DNA from: an uncultured Chitinophagales bacterium
GTDB taxonomy: Bacteria; Bacteroidota; Rhodothermia; Balneolales; HLUCCA01
Direction: 5' to 3'
NCBI GenBank assembly: GCA_964454075.1
Contig: CAYVRS010000003.1
Coordinates: 9,483-46,230, forward strand
DNA length: 36,748 bases
In this document: in pieces, positions 1 through 7,620 of the stretch
How positions within the stretch are numbered: position 1 is the stretch's first letter
Layout of the letters: each line of letters begins with the position of its first letter
Position numbers and translations under genes: made by a program
The notes under the pieces: generated by a model
The model's input: only the letters and a program-made list of their open reading frames with translations
Database searches by the model: none
Told to the model about the DNA's origin: nothing

Positions 1-45
1 CATCAGAATGGTGCCGCCGGTCTGAAGGATGAGAATGCGTTTCAT
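1..45 (-). CDS. 5' end (first 15 codons) of an L-asparaginase-family gene that runs off the left edge
   Basis: The reverse complement of 1..45 translates to MKRILILQTGGTILM. The ILxTGGTI block matches the N-terminal catalytic-Thr motif of asparaginase/GatD-type amidohydrolases. Only 15 aa are visible. Confidence 0.35.
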   Translation of the reverse strand, partial: MKRILILQTGGTILM

Positions 46-121
46 TGGTCAAGAAATGTAAAGCAATTCGATTGATTTGTGGCACTGAAATCCGGTAATT
101 GCAGACACACCAAAGCGATAC

Positions 122-127
122 GGAGGA
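122..127 (+). promoter_or_regulatory. Shine-Dalgarno-like GGAGGA upstream of the EF-G paralog start
   Basis: The sequence reads cGGAGGAgtacgtcATG, with the ATG at 135. Spacing is about 7-8 nt. Confidence 0.5.
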
Positions 128-134
128 GTACGTC

Positions 135-2258
135 ATGAACGTATATGACTCATCCCGAATCCGGAACATCATCTTACTCGGCCACGCCGGTTCCGGTAAA
201 ACCACCCTTGCGGAAACCATGTTGTTCGAAGCGGGGGCCATCAAACGGCGTGGCAGCATCCAAGAAAAAAACACTGTTTCCGATTCGCATGCCATCGAGC
301 GCGAAAAAGGAAAATCCGTCCACTCCAGCTTCATGCATCTGGAATGGCGCGGGTACAAGATCAACTTGATCGACACGCCGGGCACCACCGATTACATCGG
401 GGAAGTGATCGGCTCCCTGAAAATGGCGGGTACCTCCATTTTCGTGCTGGATTCGGACCGCGGTGTCGAAGTGGGCACCGAAATCCTGTGGCGGCAGGCC
501 ACCGAATCGGGCAGCATCCCGATCTTCGTGATCAACAAGGTGGACCATCCCAAATCGAATTTCGACAAGGCGCTGGAATCGGCGCAGGAACGTTTCGGCC
601 GTCAGGTCGTGCTGGTTCAGTACCCTTACAACGAAGGTGAAGGCTTCAACGCCATCATCGATGTGCTGAAGATGACGATGTACGAGTTTCCGAAGGATGG
701 AGGCAAGCCGTCCAAGGTGCCGATCCCGGCCTCCCAGAAATCCCGCGCCGAGCTGATGCACCAGCAATTGGTGGAGATCATCGCCGAGAACGACGAGACC
801 TTGATGGACCATTACTTCGAGAAAGGCAATCTCGATGAGGAGGAGCTCATCGCCGGCATGCATGCGGCGATGGTGAACCGGCAGCTGTTTCCGCTGTTCT
901 GCGTCTCCGCGGAGCGCAACATGGGCTCAGGGCGACTCATGAGCTTCATCGACGCGGTGGCTCCGACGCCACTGGAGGTGGCCGGACCGGTCAAGAACGA
1001 CGGCTCCATCCATAGCATCGACCCCAAAGGCAAAACCGGGCTGTTCATCTTCAAGACCTATGCCGAAGAGCATGTGGGCGAGCTCATGTACTTCAAAGTC
1101 TACAATGGCGTGGTGAAGGCGGGGATGGACCTGGTGAACAATCAGGGAAACACCACCCGTTTTGCCGCGCTGTTCCTCAGCGAAGGCAACAAGAGAGTGG
1201 AGGTGCCCGAGCTTCATGCCGGCGACATCGGCGCGGCCGTGAAGCTCAAGGATGCGGGCGTCAACGACACGTTCCATGAGAAAGGCTATGAGCTGAACAT
1301 CGCTCCGATCCGTTTTCCGGAACCTACCATGCGTGTGGCGGTGAAATCCACGAAATCCGGTGAGGAAGAGAAACTCGGCGCCGCGGTGCATCAGTTGCAT
1401 CGCGAGGATCCGTCCATCACCATCGAGAACAGCCAGGAACTGCGTCAGTTGATTCTCGGTGTGCAAGGGGAGGAGCATCTGGCCGTGGTCAAACATGCGC
1501 TCACCACACGCTTCAAGCTCGGCGTCGAGTTCATGGAGACCCGCATTCCGTACCGGGAGACCATCACGACGGGTAAGAAAGCCTCCTACAAGCACAAAAA
1601 GCAGTCGGGCGGTGCCGGACAGTATGCCGAAGTCTTCATGCTGGTGGAACCGTTCACGGAAGGGATGCCGGCTCCGGCGGAGATGTCCGTGCGCGACGTC
1701 CAGGTCCATGAGCTTCCTTGGGGCGGAAAACTGGTGTTTCAGAACTGCATCGTGGGTGGCGTGATCGACGCCCGCTTCCTTCCCGCCATCTTCAAAGGCG
1801 TGATGGAGAAGATGGAACTAGGTCCGATATCCGGTTCGCGCTGCCGCGACATCCGTGTGTCGGTGTTCGACGGATCCATGCACCCGGTCGATTCCAATGA
1901 AGCCGCGTTCAAGACCGCCGGACTCATGGCCTTCAAGCAGGCGTTCCTGGAAGCGGGTCCGCAGTTGCTGGAGCCGATCTACGACCTGGAGATCTTCGTC
2001 CCTGGCGAGTATATGGGCGACGTGATGAGCGACATGTCCACACGCCGCGGACAGATCCAAGGCATGGACGCCGAAGGCTCGATGCAGCTGGTGAAGGCGC
2101 GCGCGCCCCTCGCGGAGCTGGGCAAATACTACACCTCGCTGAAATCGTTGACGCAGGGCCGGGCTACGTACCGGATGGCGTTCCACGGGTATGCGCCGGT
2201 GCCGTACGACATCCAGCAGAAAATCATGAAGGAACAGCCGGCGTCAGACGTGGCGTAG
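135..2258 (+). CDS. Elongation factor G paralog (EF-G2-like translational GTPase family)
   Basis: The ORF at 99..2258 opens on a TTG; the first ATG with an SD is at 135 (MNVYDSSRIRNIILLGHAGSGKTTL). G1 is GHAGSGKTT, G3 is DTPGTTDY and G4 is NKVD. Length (about 707 aa) and the C-terminal domain IV/V-like sequence (HPVDSNEAAFKTAG, YMGDVMSDMSTRRG) are typical of the EF-G family. Confidence 0.88.
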   Translation: MNVYDSSRIRNIILLGHAGSGKTTLAETMLFEAGAIKRRGSIQEKNTVSDSHAIEREKGKSVHSSFMHLEWRGYKINLIDTPGTTDYIGEVIGSLKMAGTSIFVLDSDRGVEVGTEILWRQATESGSIPIFVINKVDHPKSNFDKALESAQERFGRQVVLVQYPYNEGEGFNAIIDVLKMTMYEFPKDGGKPSKVPIPASQKSRAELMHQQLVEIIAENDETLMDHYFEKGNLDEEELIAGMHAAMVNRQLFPLFCVSAERNMGSGRLMSFIDAVAPTPLEVAGPVKNDGSIHSIDPKGKTGLFIFKTYAEEHVGELMYFKVYNGVVKAGMDLVNNQGNTTRFAALFLSEGNKRVEVPELHAGDIGAAVKLKDAGVNDTFHEKGYELNIAPIRFPEPTMRVAVKSTKSGEEEKLGAAVHQLHREDPSITIENSQELRQLILGVQGEEHLAVVKHALTTRFKLGVEFMETRIPYRETITTGKKASYKHKKQSGGAGQYAEVFMLVEPFTEGMPAPAEMSVRDVQVHELPWGGKLVFQNCIVGGVIDARFLPAIFKGVMEKMELGPISGSRCRDIRVSVFDGSMHPVDSNEAAFKTAGLMAFKQAFLEAGPQLLEPIYDLEIFVPGEYMGDVMSDMSTRRGQIQGMDAEGSMQLVKARAPLAELGKYYTSLKSLTQGRATYRMAFHGYAPVPYDIQQKIMKEQPASDVA

Positions 2259-3564
2259 GTCTTGTCGCGGGCCGGAGAGGTTTCTCCTCCGGCTCCCACA
2301 GCACGCCCGGCATGCGACGGGTGTCCAGCTCGACGGATTCTTCCAAGAAGGATCCGTCGATGCCTGTCCACGCGCGCACATCCACCACGTCACCGTCTTC
2401 GAAGACCACCTCGATGCTTTGGGCCTTCAGCTCGATCGCGCCGTCAGGGGTATCGTCCTCTTTGTGGTTGTGATACAGCACGGAGGCGGTGGGATGGATG
2501 CGGAACAGGGAGATTTCCCCGTCCGAGAAGGATAGAAGCAGGGTGTCGCCTTTCATCTGATGCACACGCCGGGTCACCGAGTCGAGCTGTGCCGCTGAGG
2601 GCTCCCCATAGGCCAGGATCTGGTGGATCTTCTCGTTTCGGAATGAGATGTCGAGCGACGCGCCGCTCAGTTGCATGTCTTTGTGCCAAGCCCTCGGGGA
2701 TCCTCGGAGCAAGGTGAGCGAATCGGCTTCGAAGACATGCGTGGTGTCGGACAGGGTCGCGTAATCGGCCGACCAGGACATCACGCCTCCAGTCGCGAGA
2801 ATGGTCCGTTGCTTGTCCGCATCGCGCCGGACCAGGATCTCCGCGGCCCTGATGTAGGACGTATCGGCCTCTGTGCTGTCGATCTGCTCGATGAAGGCGT
2901 CGCCGCGGATCAGGCGGCGGCCTGTCGAATCCGCTTCGACGTAAGCGCCGGTCAAACGGGTGTCTTCCTCTTTGTCGTGCAGGAACACCTGTCCGAACAG
3001 CTTGTGCGATTTTGATTCGCGGTTGGTGTAGGCGCTATCGGCCTCCAGGTAATAGGTGGAATCGGACACCTGAACGTTGCCGAATACCATCGCACTGTCG
3101 GTTTTGGCGAAATACGTGCCCCGGAGCGCAAGCATCATTCCGTCCGGGTCCCGAATCTCCAAAGGACGAAGGAATTGCGCGATTTCCGTGTCGAACGAAT
3201 ACTCCACGGATTCCGACGTGAGCACGGTCGAATCTCGTGTGATCACCACGCCTTGCTCCAACCGGCTCCATTCCGTCTGCGTGTTGTAAAAGAGCTTCCG
3301 GGTGCGGATGGTTTCCGTTTCCGTGGTGATGGTGATGTTGCCGTAGGCGTAAAGTTCATCCAAGTCGACAAAATGGATGGCGGAATCGCAGGCCACGGTG
3401 ATCTTCTCCGAACGCAGCAGCACATTACCGGTAAGTGTGCGCACGAAGCCTTTCTCGGTCTGGGCACCCGTGCCTTTCGCCGCACGCAGGATGTCCACGC
3501 GCTTCTGGGCTTGGAGCGGGGTGGCAGACAGCATCAGCGCCAAAAAAAGGAAGACGCGTGTCAT
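2224..3564 (-). CDS. OstA/LptA-like periplasmic protein (tandem OstA-like beta-jellyroll repeats), secreted
   Basis: Signal peptide MTRVFLFLALMLSATPLQAQ. Repeated segments follow the LTGNV...ad.a.y pattern typical of OstA_N/LptA. The stop/start overlaps the upstream lptC-like gene by 4 nt (3561..3564). Confidence 0.6.
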   Translation of the reverse strand: MTRVFLFLALMLSATPLQAQKRVDILRAAKGTGAQTEKGFVRTLTGNVLLRSEKITVACDSAIHFVDLDELYAYGNITITTETETIRTRKLFYNTQTEWSRLEQGVVITRDSTVLTSESVEYSFDTEIAQFLRPLEIRDPDGMMLALRGTYFAKTDSAMVFGNVQVSDSTYYLEADSAYTNRESKSHKLFGQVFLHDKEEDTRLTGAYVEADSTGRRLIRGDAFIEQIDSTEADTSYIRAAEILVRRDADKQRTILATGGVMSWSADYATLSDTTHVFEADSLTLLRGSPRAWHKDMQLSGASLDISFRNEKIHQILAYGEPSAAQLDSVTRRVHQMKGDTLLLSFSDGEISLFRIHPTASVLYHNHKEDDTPDGAIELKAQSIEVVFEDGDVVDVRAWTGIDGSFLEESVELDTRRMPGVLWEPEEKPLRPATRPTPRLTPAVPS

Positions 3565-4136
3565 TCGTCGTCGGTGTTGATCTGGATGCTTCCGCTCAGG
3601 TTTTCAAGCACATATTCCGACAGATTGGCTTTGCCGACGAGTCCGTAGCCCTGGATACTGTCGGTGGGAGTGACGATGCGGACGAACCCGGAACTGGTGA
3701 TGTCGCCCGTCTTCTGAAACCAGGTGAGGGTTTCGGCGGTCAGGCGTCGGTTGTCGTGTGTGAAGGCGTACACGTTGCCGTCGAAGATGAATTGGCCGTC
3801 TCGGGTCACATAACGGGCCGAATCAGAACGGATGTCGACTTCCATGTTGCCGAGCGAATCACGGACAAGGATATGCACGGGTCCGCTGAGCGACATCACG
3901 ATGCCGTTCGCGGTCTCCTTGCTGGTGCCGTATGGCGCTCGGATCTCGACTTTGCGCAATCCGGTTTCGATCAGGCTCACATCAATGTCCCAACTCTCGC
4001 TCAGATAGGCGAGCGAATCGGACAGGGCGTCTTTCACGGCTTGCTTGTCGGCATCGGAGAGTCGTCCGCACGCTCCGATCACCAGCATGAGCACGAGAAC
4101 GGCTTTAGTCAGTGCCGAATATGCGGTCGCCGGCAT
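3561..4136 (-). CDS. LptC-like lipoprotein (LPS export periplasmic component family)
   Basis: The ATG at 4136 gives MPATAYSALTKAVLVLMLVIGACG, a lipobox-like signal. The body (ADSARYVTRDGQFIFDGNVYAF...LTAETLTWFQKTGDITS...IQGYGL) follows the LptC pattern. The start is uncertain: alternatives are the ATG at 4088 or the ORF-track start at 4208. The 4136 start overlaps the upp 3' end by 32 nt. Confidence 0.5.
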   Translation of the reverse strand: MPATAYSALTKAVLVLMLVIGACGRLSDADKQAVKDALSDSLAYLSESWDIDVSLIETGLRKVEIRAPYGTSKETANGIVMSLSGPVHILVRDSLGNMEVDIRSDSARYVTRDGQFIFDGNVYAFTHDNRRLTAETLTWFQKTGDITSSGFVRIVTPTDSIQGYGLVGKANLSEYVLENLSGSIQINTDDE

Positions 4137-4740
4137 CGCCGAGTCCGGGCACGATGTAGGCGTGGTCGTTGAGACGTTCATCGAGGGCGGCTGTGATGAT
4201 GGTGACATCGGGATGGGCGTCGAGCACGGCGCCGACTCCTTCGGGAGCCGCGATCAACGTGATGAACCGGATGTGTGTTGCTCCGGCGTTCTTCAGATAC
4301 TGGATGGCGTCGGTGGCCGACCCGCCGGTCGCAAGCATCGGATCGACCAGCAGCACCACCGAGGAGTCAAGCCCTTTCGGAAGGTTCGCGTAGTAGTCGA
4401 CGGGCTTGTGCGTCGTTTTGTCCCTGTAGATGCCCAGATGACCGATCTTCACGTCCGGAATGAACTGGGTGATGGCGTCGACCATACCCAACCCGGCGCG
4501 CAAGATGGGCACCACCACGAGCTGGGTGTCGATCACATGCCCCACCGCAGTGGTGATCGGCGTCTGAACGCTCACCGTGCGCAAGGGAAGATGGTTCAGG
4601 GCATGGTAGGCCAGAATGGTCGCGATGCGGTTGAGCGCAGGACGGAATGCCGCACTGGGTGTGGTCTTGTCGCGAAGGGTGGTCAGATCCCGTGCCACCA
4701 CGGGATGCTCGACCACTGTCAAATTCCTGAATGCCGACAT
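4105..4740 (-). CDS. upp: Uracil phosphoribosyltransferase
   Basis: Full-length Upp-like sequence. It includes VVVPILRAGLGM, the PRPP-binding loop VLLVDPMLATGGSA, and the C-terminal YIVPGLGDAGDRIFGT. Confidence 0.93.
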   Translation of the reverse strand: MSAFRNLTVVEHPVVARDLTTLRDKTTPSAAFRPALNRIATILAYHALNHLPLRTVSVQTPITTAVGHVIDTQLVVVPILRAGLGMVDAITQFIPDVKIGHLGIYRDKTTHKPVDYYANLPKGLDSSVVLLVDPMLATGGSATDAIQYLKNAGATHIRFITLIAAPEGVGAVLDAHPDVTIITAALDERLNDHAYIVPGLGDAGDRIFGTD

Positions 4741-4743
4741 GGC

Positions 4744-6363
4744 TTAATCTTGCGCTCTGCTGAAGTAGTCTTTTGTGAGTTTGGTGACCACGCCGCTCAG
4801 CATGAACAAGGCGATCAGGTTGGGGATGGTCATCAGTCCGAGGGTGATGTCACCGATGCTCCAGATAAGGGTCAAGCCTGCGATGGCGCCAACGAAGTGT
4901 GCGGCCACATAGAAGATGCGGTACACGACGATGGACCGGTCGCCGGCGAGATACTGGATGGCACGGTCGCCGTAGTAGCTCCAGCTGATGGCGGTCGAAA
5001 TGCCGAACAGGATCACACAGATGGTCACCAGGTAACGGCCGCCGGGGAAGAGAGGGGCAAGGCCACGTTCAAACGCGTAGGACGTGAGGCTCGCGCCGTT
5101 TTCGATCACGTTGCCATACAGGCTGGCCACTTGTTCACCGTTGGCGTCGAGCGCCACACGGCGTGTCTCGTCGAGCACGACTTCGCCGGTGAAGGGTACG
5201 GTCTGGGCGGCATCCGCATACAAGGTGTCGACGGAGAAGTCGTAACGGATGAATGTTCCGTTGACGGGGATGCCGTCCACGATCTGCAGACGTTGCCCTT
5301 CGACCAGGGTATAGGCGGTGTCGCTGGAGCTGAGAGGGATCTGCGCGCTATGCTTGTCGTCCCACACGCCCGTGATGATGATGACCAGTCCGGTCATGGT
5401 GCAGATCATCAGCGTGTCGATGAACGGCTCAAGCAATGCCACGACCCCTTCACGCACAGGTTCGTCGGTCTTGGCGGCGGCATGGGCGATCGGCGCCGAT
5501 CCTTGGCCCGATTCGTTCGAGAAGAGCCCCCGTTTGATGCCCCAGACCATGGTCGTGATGATGGCTCCGGAGCCCACCCCATAGGCGCCGGCGACCGGAT
5601 TGAACGCCGACTCGATGATGATCCCGAATGTGGGGATGATCTGATCGAAATTCAGAAAAAGGATGATCAAGGCGCCGAGAACATAGAGGATGCCCATGAT
5701 CGGAGTGAGCCGCGCGGTGACATTCCCGATCCGCTTGATGCCGCCCAGGATCACGAAACCGACCAAGGTTGCGGAAATGAGGCCGGTGACCCAGGTCGGG
5801 ATGCTGAAGGTGCTTTGCACCGTGTCCGCCACGGTGTTGGCCTGCACGGCATTTCCGGTAAGGAATGAGCAGATTACGGCCGATGCGGCGAAGGTCACCG
5901 CCAGCCATTTCCAATTCGGTCCGAGGCCTTTTTCAATATAGTACATCGGTCCGCCAGAGACCGATCCGTCGGCGTTGGTGCTGCGGTAATGCACGGCGAG
6001 GGTGCATTCGGAGAATTTCACGGCCATGCCCAAAGCGGCGGTCACCCACATCCATAGGATGGCACCGGGTCCGCCGTAATGGATGGCGATCGCCACGCCG
6101 GCGATGTTTCCGATACCCACAGTGGCCGACAGCGCGGTGCTGAGCGCCTGGTAATGGTTCACATCCCCAAGGTCGTTCGGATCGTCGTAATACCCGCTGA
6201 CCACCCGGACGCCATGCCGGAATTTGCGGATCTGGATGAAGCCCAGGCGAACGGTGATGAACAGGCCGTAGCCAAGCAAAAGGGCGATCATCATAGGGAA
6301 CACACCGGGTGTGGCCCAAATCAGGTCATTCAGAAAATTGACGACGTGTTCCAATGTCTGCAT
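4744..6363 (-). CDS. Alanine/glycine:cation symporter (AGCS, TC 2.A.25) family amino-acid carrier
   Basis: Carries the AGCS signature QALSTALSATVGIGNIAGVAIAIHYGGPGAILWMW and FSNESGQGSAPIAHAAAKT, and is multi-TM. At 539 aa it is longer than usual because of an internal hydrophilic insertion. Confidence 0.9.
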   Translation of the reverse strand: MQTLEHVVNFLNDLIWATPGVFPMMIALLLGYGLFITVRLGFIQIRKFRHGVRVVSGYYDDPNDLGDVNHYQALSTALSATVGIGNIAGVAIAIHYGGPGAILWMWVTAALGMAVKFSECTLAVHYRSTNADGSVSGGPMYYIEKGLGPNWKWLAVTFAASAVICSFLTGNAVQANTVADTVQSTFSIPTWVTGLISATLVGFVILGGIKRIGNVTARLTPIMGILYVLGALIILFLNFDQIIPTFGIIIESAFNPVAGAYGVGSGAIITTMVWGIKRGLFSNESGQGSAPIAHAAAKTDEPVREGVVALLEPFIDTLMICTMTGLVIIITGVWDDKHSAQIPLSSSDTAYTLVEGQRLQIVDGIPVNGTFIRYDFSVDTLYADAAQTVPFTGEVVLDETRRVALDANGEQVASLYGNVIENGASLTSYAFERGLAPLFPGGRYLVTICVILFGISTAISWSYYGDRAIQYLAGDRSIVVYRIFYVAAHFVGAIAGLTLIWSIGDITLGLMTIPNLIALFMLSGVVTKLTKDYFSRAQD

Positions 6364-6371
6364 CCGCGTGT

Positions 6372-6377
6372 CTCCTT
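6372..6377 (-). promoter_or_regulatory. Shine-Dalgarno AAGGAG upstream of the AGCS symporter start
   Basis: The minus strand reads ccaAAGGAGacacgcggATG, with 8-nt spacing. Confidence 0.5.
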
Positions 6378-6493
6378 TGGTTGTGCTGAAATGTCACCGA
6401 AGGTACTAAAAATGAGGAACAAAACGGTACGTTCGAAATTTGGCATCAGGTCGTTATCTTGTCGGACCGGCCCCATCCTAACCTCATCCTACT

Positions 6494-6778
6494 ATGACGA
6501 AAGCCGATATCATTGATGTGATTTCAGCCAATACTGGCATCTCCAAGATCGAAACCGAAGCCGTTGTGAAAGGCTTCCTCGAGACCGTGATCGAATCCGT
6601 GAAACGCGGAGAAACCATTGAATTGCGAGGCTTCGGAAGCTTCAAAGTCGTGGAGCGCGCCCAACGCGTGGCACGCAATCCCAAAACCAACCAGGAAGTC
6701 ACGGTGCCCGCACAACGCGTGCCGGTGCTCAAGATTTCCAAAGAGTTCCGGCACGCGGTTCAGAAAGGCGTTTCCTGA
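6494..6778 (+). CDS. HU/IHF-family nucleoid DNA-binding protein
   Basis: 94 aa. The sequence MTKADIIDVISANTGISKIETEAVVKGFLETV...IELRGFGSFKVVERAQRVARNPKTNQEVTVPAQRVPVLKISKEF is a canonical HU fold sequence with the RNPKT arm. Confidence 0.93.
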   Translation: MTKADIIDVISANTGISKIETEAVVKGFLETVIESVKRGETIELRGFGSFKVVERAQRVARNPKTNQEVTVPAQRVPVLKISKEFRHAVQKGVS

Positions 6779-6830
6779 ATCGGCGAACCTGCGTATATTG
6801 TGAATCTTCCACCCTAACAAAGGTATCAGC

Positions 6831-6926
6831 ATGCCAAGCGGTAAAAAACGTAAGCGCGCCAAGATTTCGAAACACAAGCGCAAAAAGCGCCTCAGAAAGA
6901 ACCGGCATAAGAAGAAGTCTTCTTAA
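6831..6926 (+). CDS. 31-aa ultra-basic peptide, bS22/mS38 (AURKAIP1/COX24)-like putative small ribosomal protein
   Basis: I translated this by hand: ATG at 6831, TAA at 6924..6926, giving MPSGKKRKRAKISKHKRKKRLRKNRHKKKSS. It is not in the supplied ORF track because it is too short. It lies 52 nt after HU and is followed within 5 nt by a strong intrinsic terminator. The composition matches the small K/R-rich peptides I recall being annotated in Bacteroidota. Confidence 0.6.
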   Translation: MPSGKKRKRAKISKHKRKKRLRKNRHKKKSS

Positions 6927-6928
6927 CC

Positions 6929-6956
6929 GAAAAGCCCGCTTCAGCGGGCTTTTTCG
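6929..6956. terminator. Bidirectional rho-independent terminator between the sORF (+) and the 209-aa gene (-)
   Basis: Stem AAAGCCCGC (6931..6939), loop TTCA, stem GCGGGCTTT (6944..6952). A T5 run follows on the + strand and a T4 run on the - strand. It sits 2-5 nt from both stop codons. Confidence 0.75.
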
Positions 6957-6958
6957 TG

Positions 6959-7588
6959 TCAGTCCGCCCTGATGCCGAGCTCGTCGGCCATCTGAAGGAT
7001 GCGGTTTGTGCGGATGAGGATGCGCTGAAGGGCCCGGGTGGACACAATGTGCAGCTCGTTCAGGTCTTTGACGTGCTCGAAATGCACAGTCAGGTACGTG
7101 ATCAGACTCATCACACCCAAATAGCGCCCGTGTTCGTCTCCATCTACTTCGATGTGCCATCGTGTGATGGCATCGTCGTGTGGGTAGGTGGTTTGAAGCC
7201 TCTTGGTGAAGGCTTCCATCCATGCGCTGCTTACATCCACACGGTTCTTGGAGCCCATAAAGGCCGTCACATCGAAACTCCAAGTCACTTCGATGTCCAT
7301 GCCTGGTTGCACCCGAGCCGATAGCGAGGCTTCCTTTTTCAGCAAGGGGTGTTTTTCCATGCCGGGAAGCTGCACGGCTAGATGGCTTTCCCGATACACG
7401 TCCCAATCAAAATGGATGGTAACTTCTTTGAGCAGTTTCGAGTGATCACCGAGCGGAATGCCGATCTCCAGACCGGTGGCGTTCAGCACCGACTCGTTCC
7501 ATTGGGTGAACGTGTTGGTGGCGATGCCACGACGGTTCAACTCGTTTTGGATGTGTTTTGCGAACGAATGGAAGATCGGATATTGCAT
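6959..7588 (-). CDS. Hypothetical cytoplasmic protein, 209 aa, no family recognised
   Basis: Clean ATG-to-TGA ORF filling the gap between the terminator and the rqcH-like gene. No signal peptide or TM segment. I recognise no motif. Confidence 0.55.
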   Translation of the reverse strand: MQYPIFHSFAKHIQNELNRRGIATNTFTQWNESVLNATGLEIGIPLGDHSKLLKEVTIHFDWDVYRESHLAVQLPGMEKHPLLKKEASLSARVQPGMDIEVTWSFDVTAFMGSKNRVDVSSAWMEAFTKRLQTTYPHDDAITRWHIEVDGDEHGRYLGVMSLITYLTVHFEHVKDLNELHIVSTRALQRILIRTNRILQMADELGIRAD

Positions 7589-7620
7589 GATTGCTGGACT
7601 GGATGAGTCACGAACTCCTG

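Noticed and set aside
72-79. TTGATTTG upstream of the EF-G paralog and GAAATTTG (6434..6441) upstream of HU, considered as TAnnTTTG promoter elements
   Set aside because: Each has a mismatch in the invariant TA, and I saw no -33 element. They are plausible, but I could not support them well enough to list as features.
2272-2292. Hairpin CCGGAGAGG-TTTCT-CCTCCGG just after the EF-G stop, considered as an intrinsic terminator
   Set aside because: The stem is bulged, no U-tract follows, and it lies inside the OstA-like coding sequence. I noted it only in the overlap finding.
4045-5868. 607-aa plus-strand ORF spanning upp and the AGCS symporter
   Set aside because: It is antisense to two genes with unmistakable family signatures. 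Its translation is rich in Gly/Asp/His/Arg/Ala with no recognisable motif. Long stop-free antisense frames are expected in GC-rich DNA.
6439-6456. TTGGCAT... upstream of HU and TTGGCAG... at 29629..29646, considered as sigma-54 -24/-12 promoters because an EBP is encoded nearby
   Set aside because: The GC of the -12 element is absent at the required GG-N10-GC spacing in both cases. TGGCACG at about 8183 is inside a coding region and also lacks TTGC.
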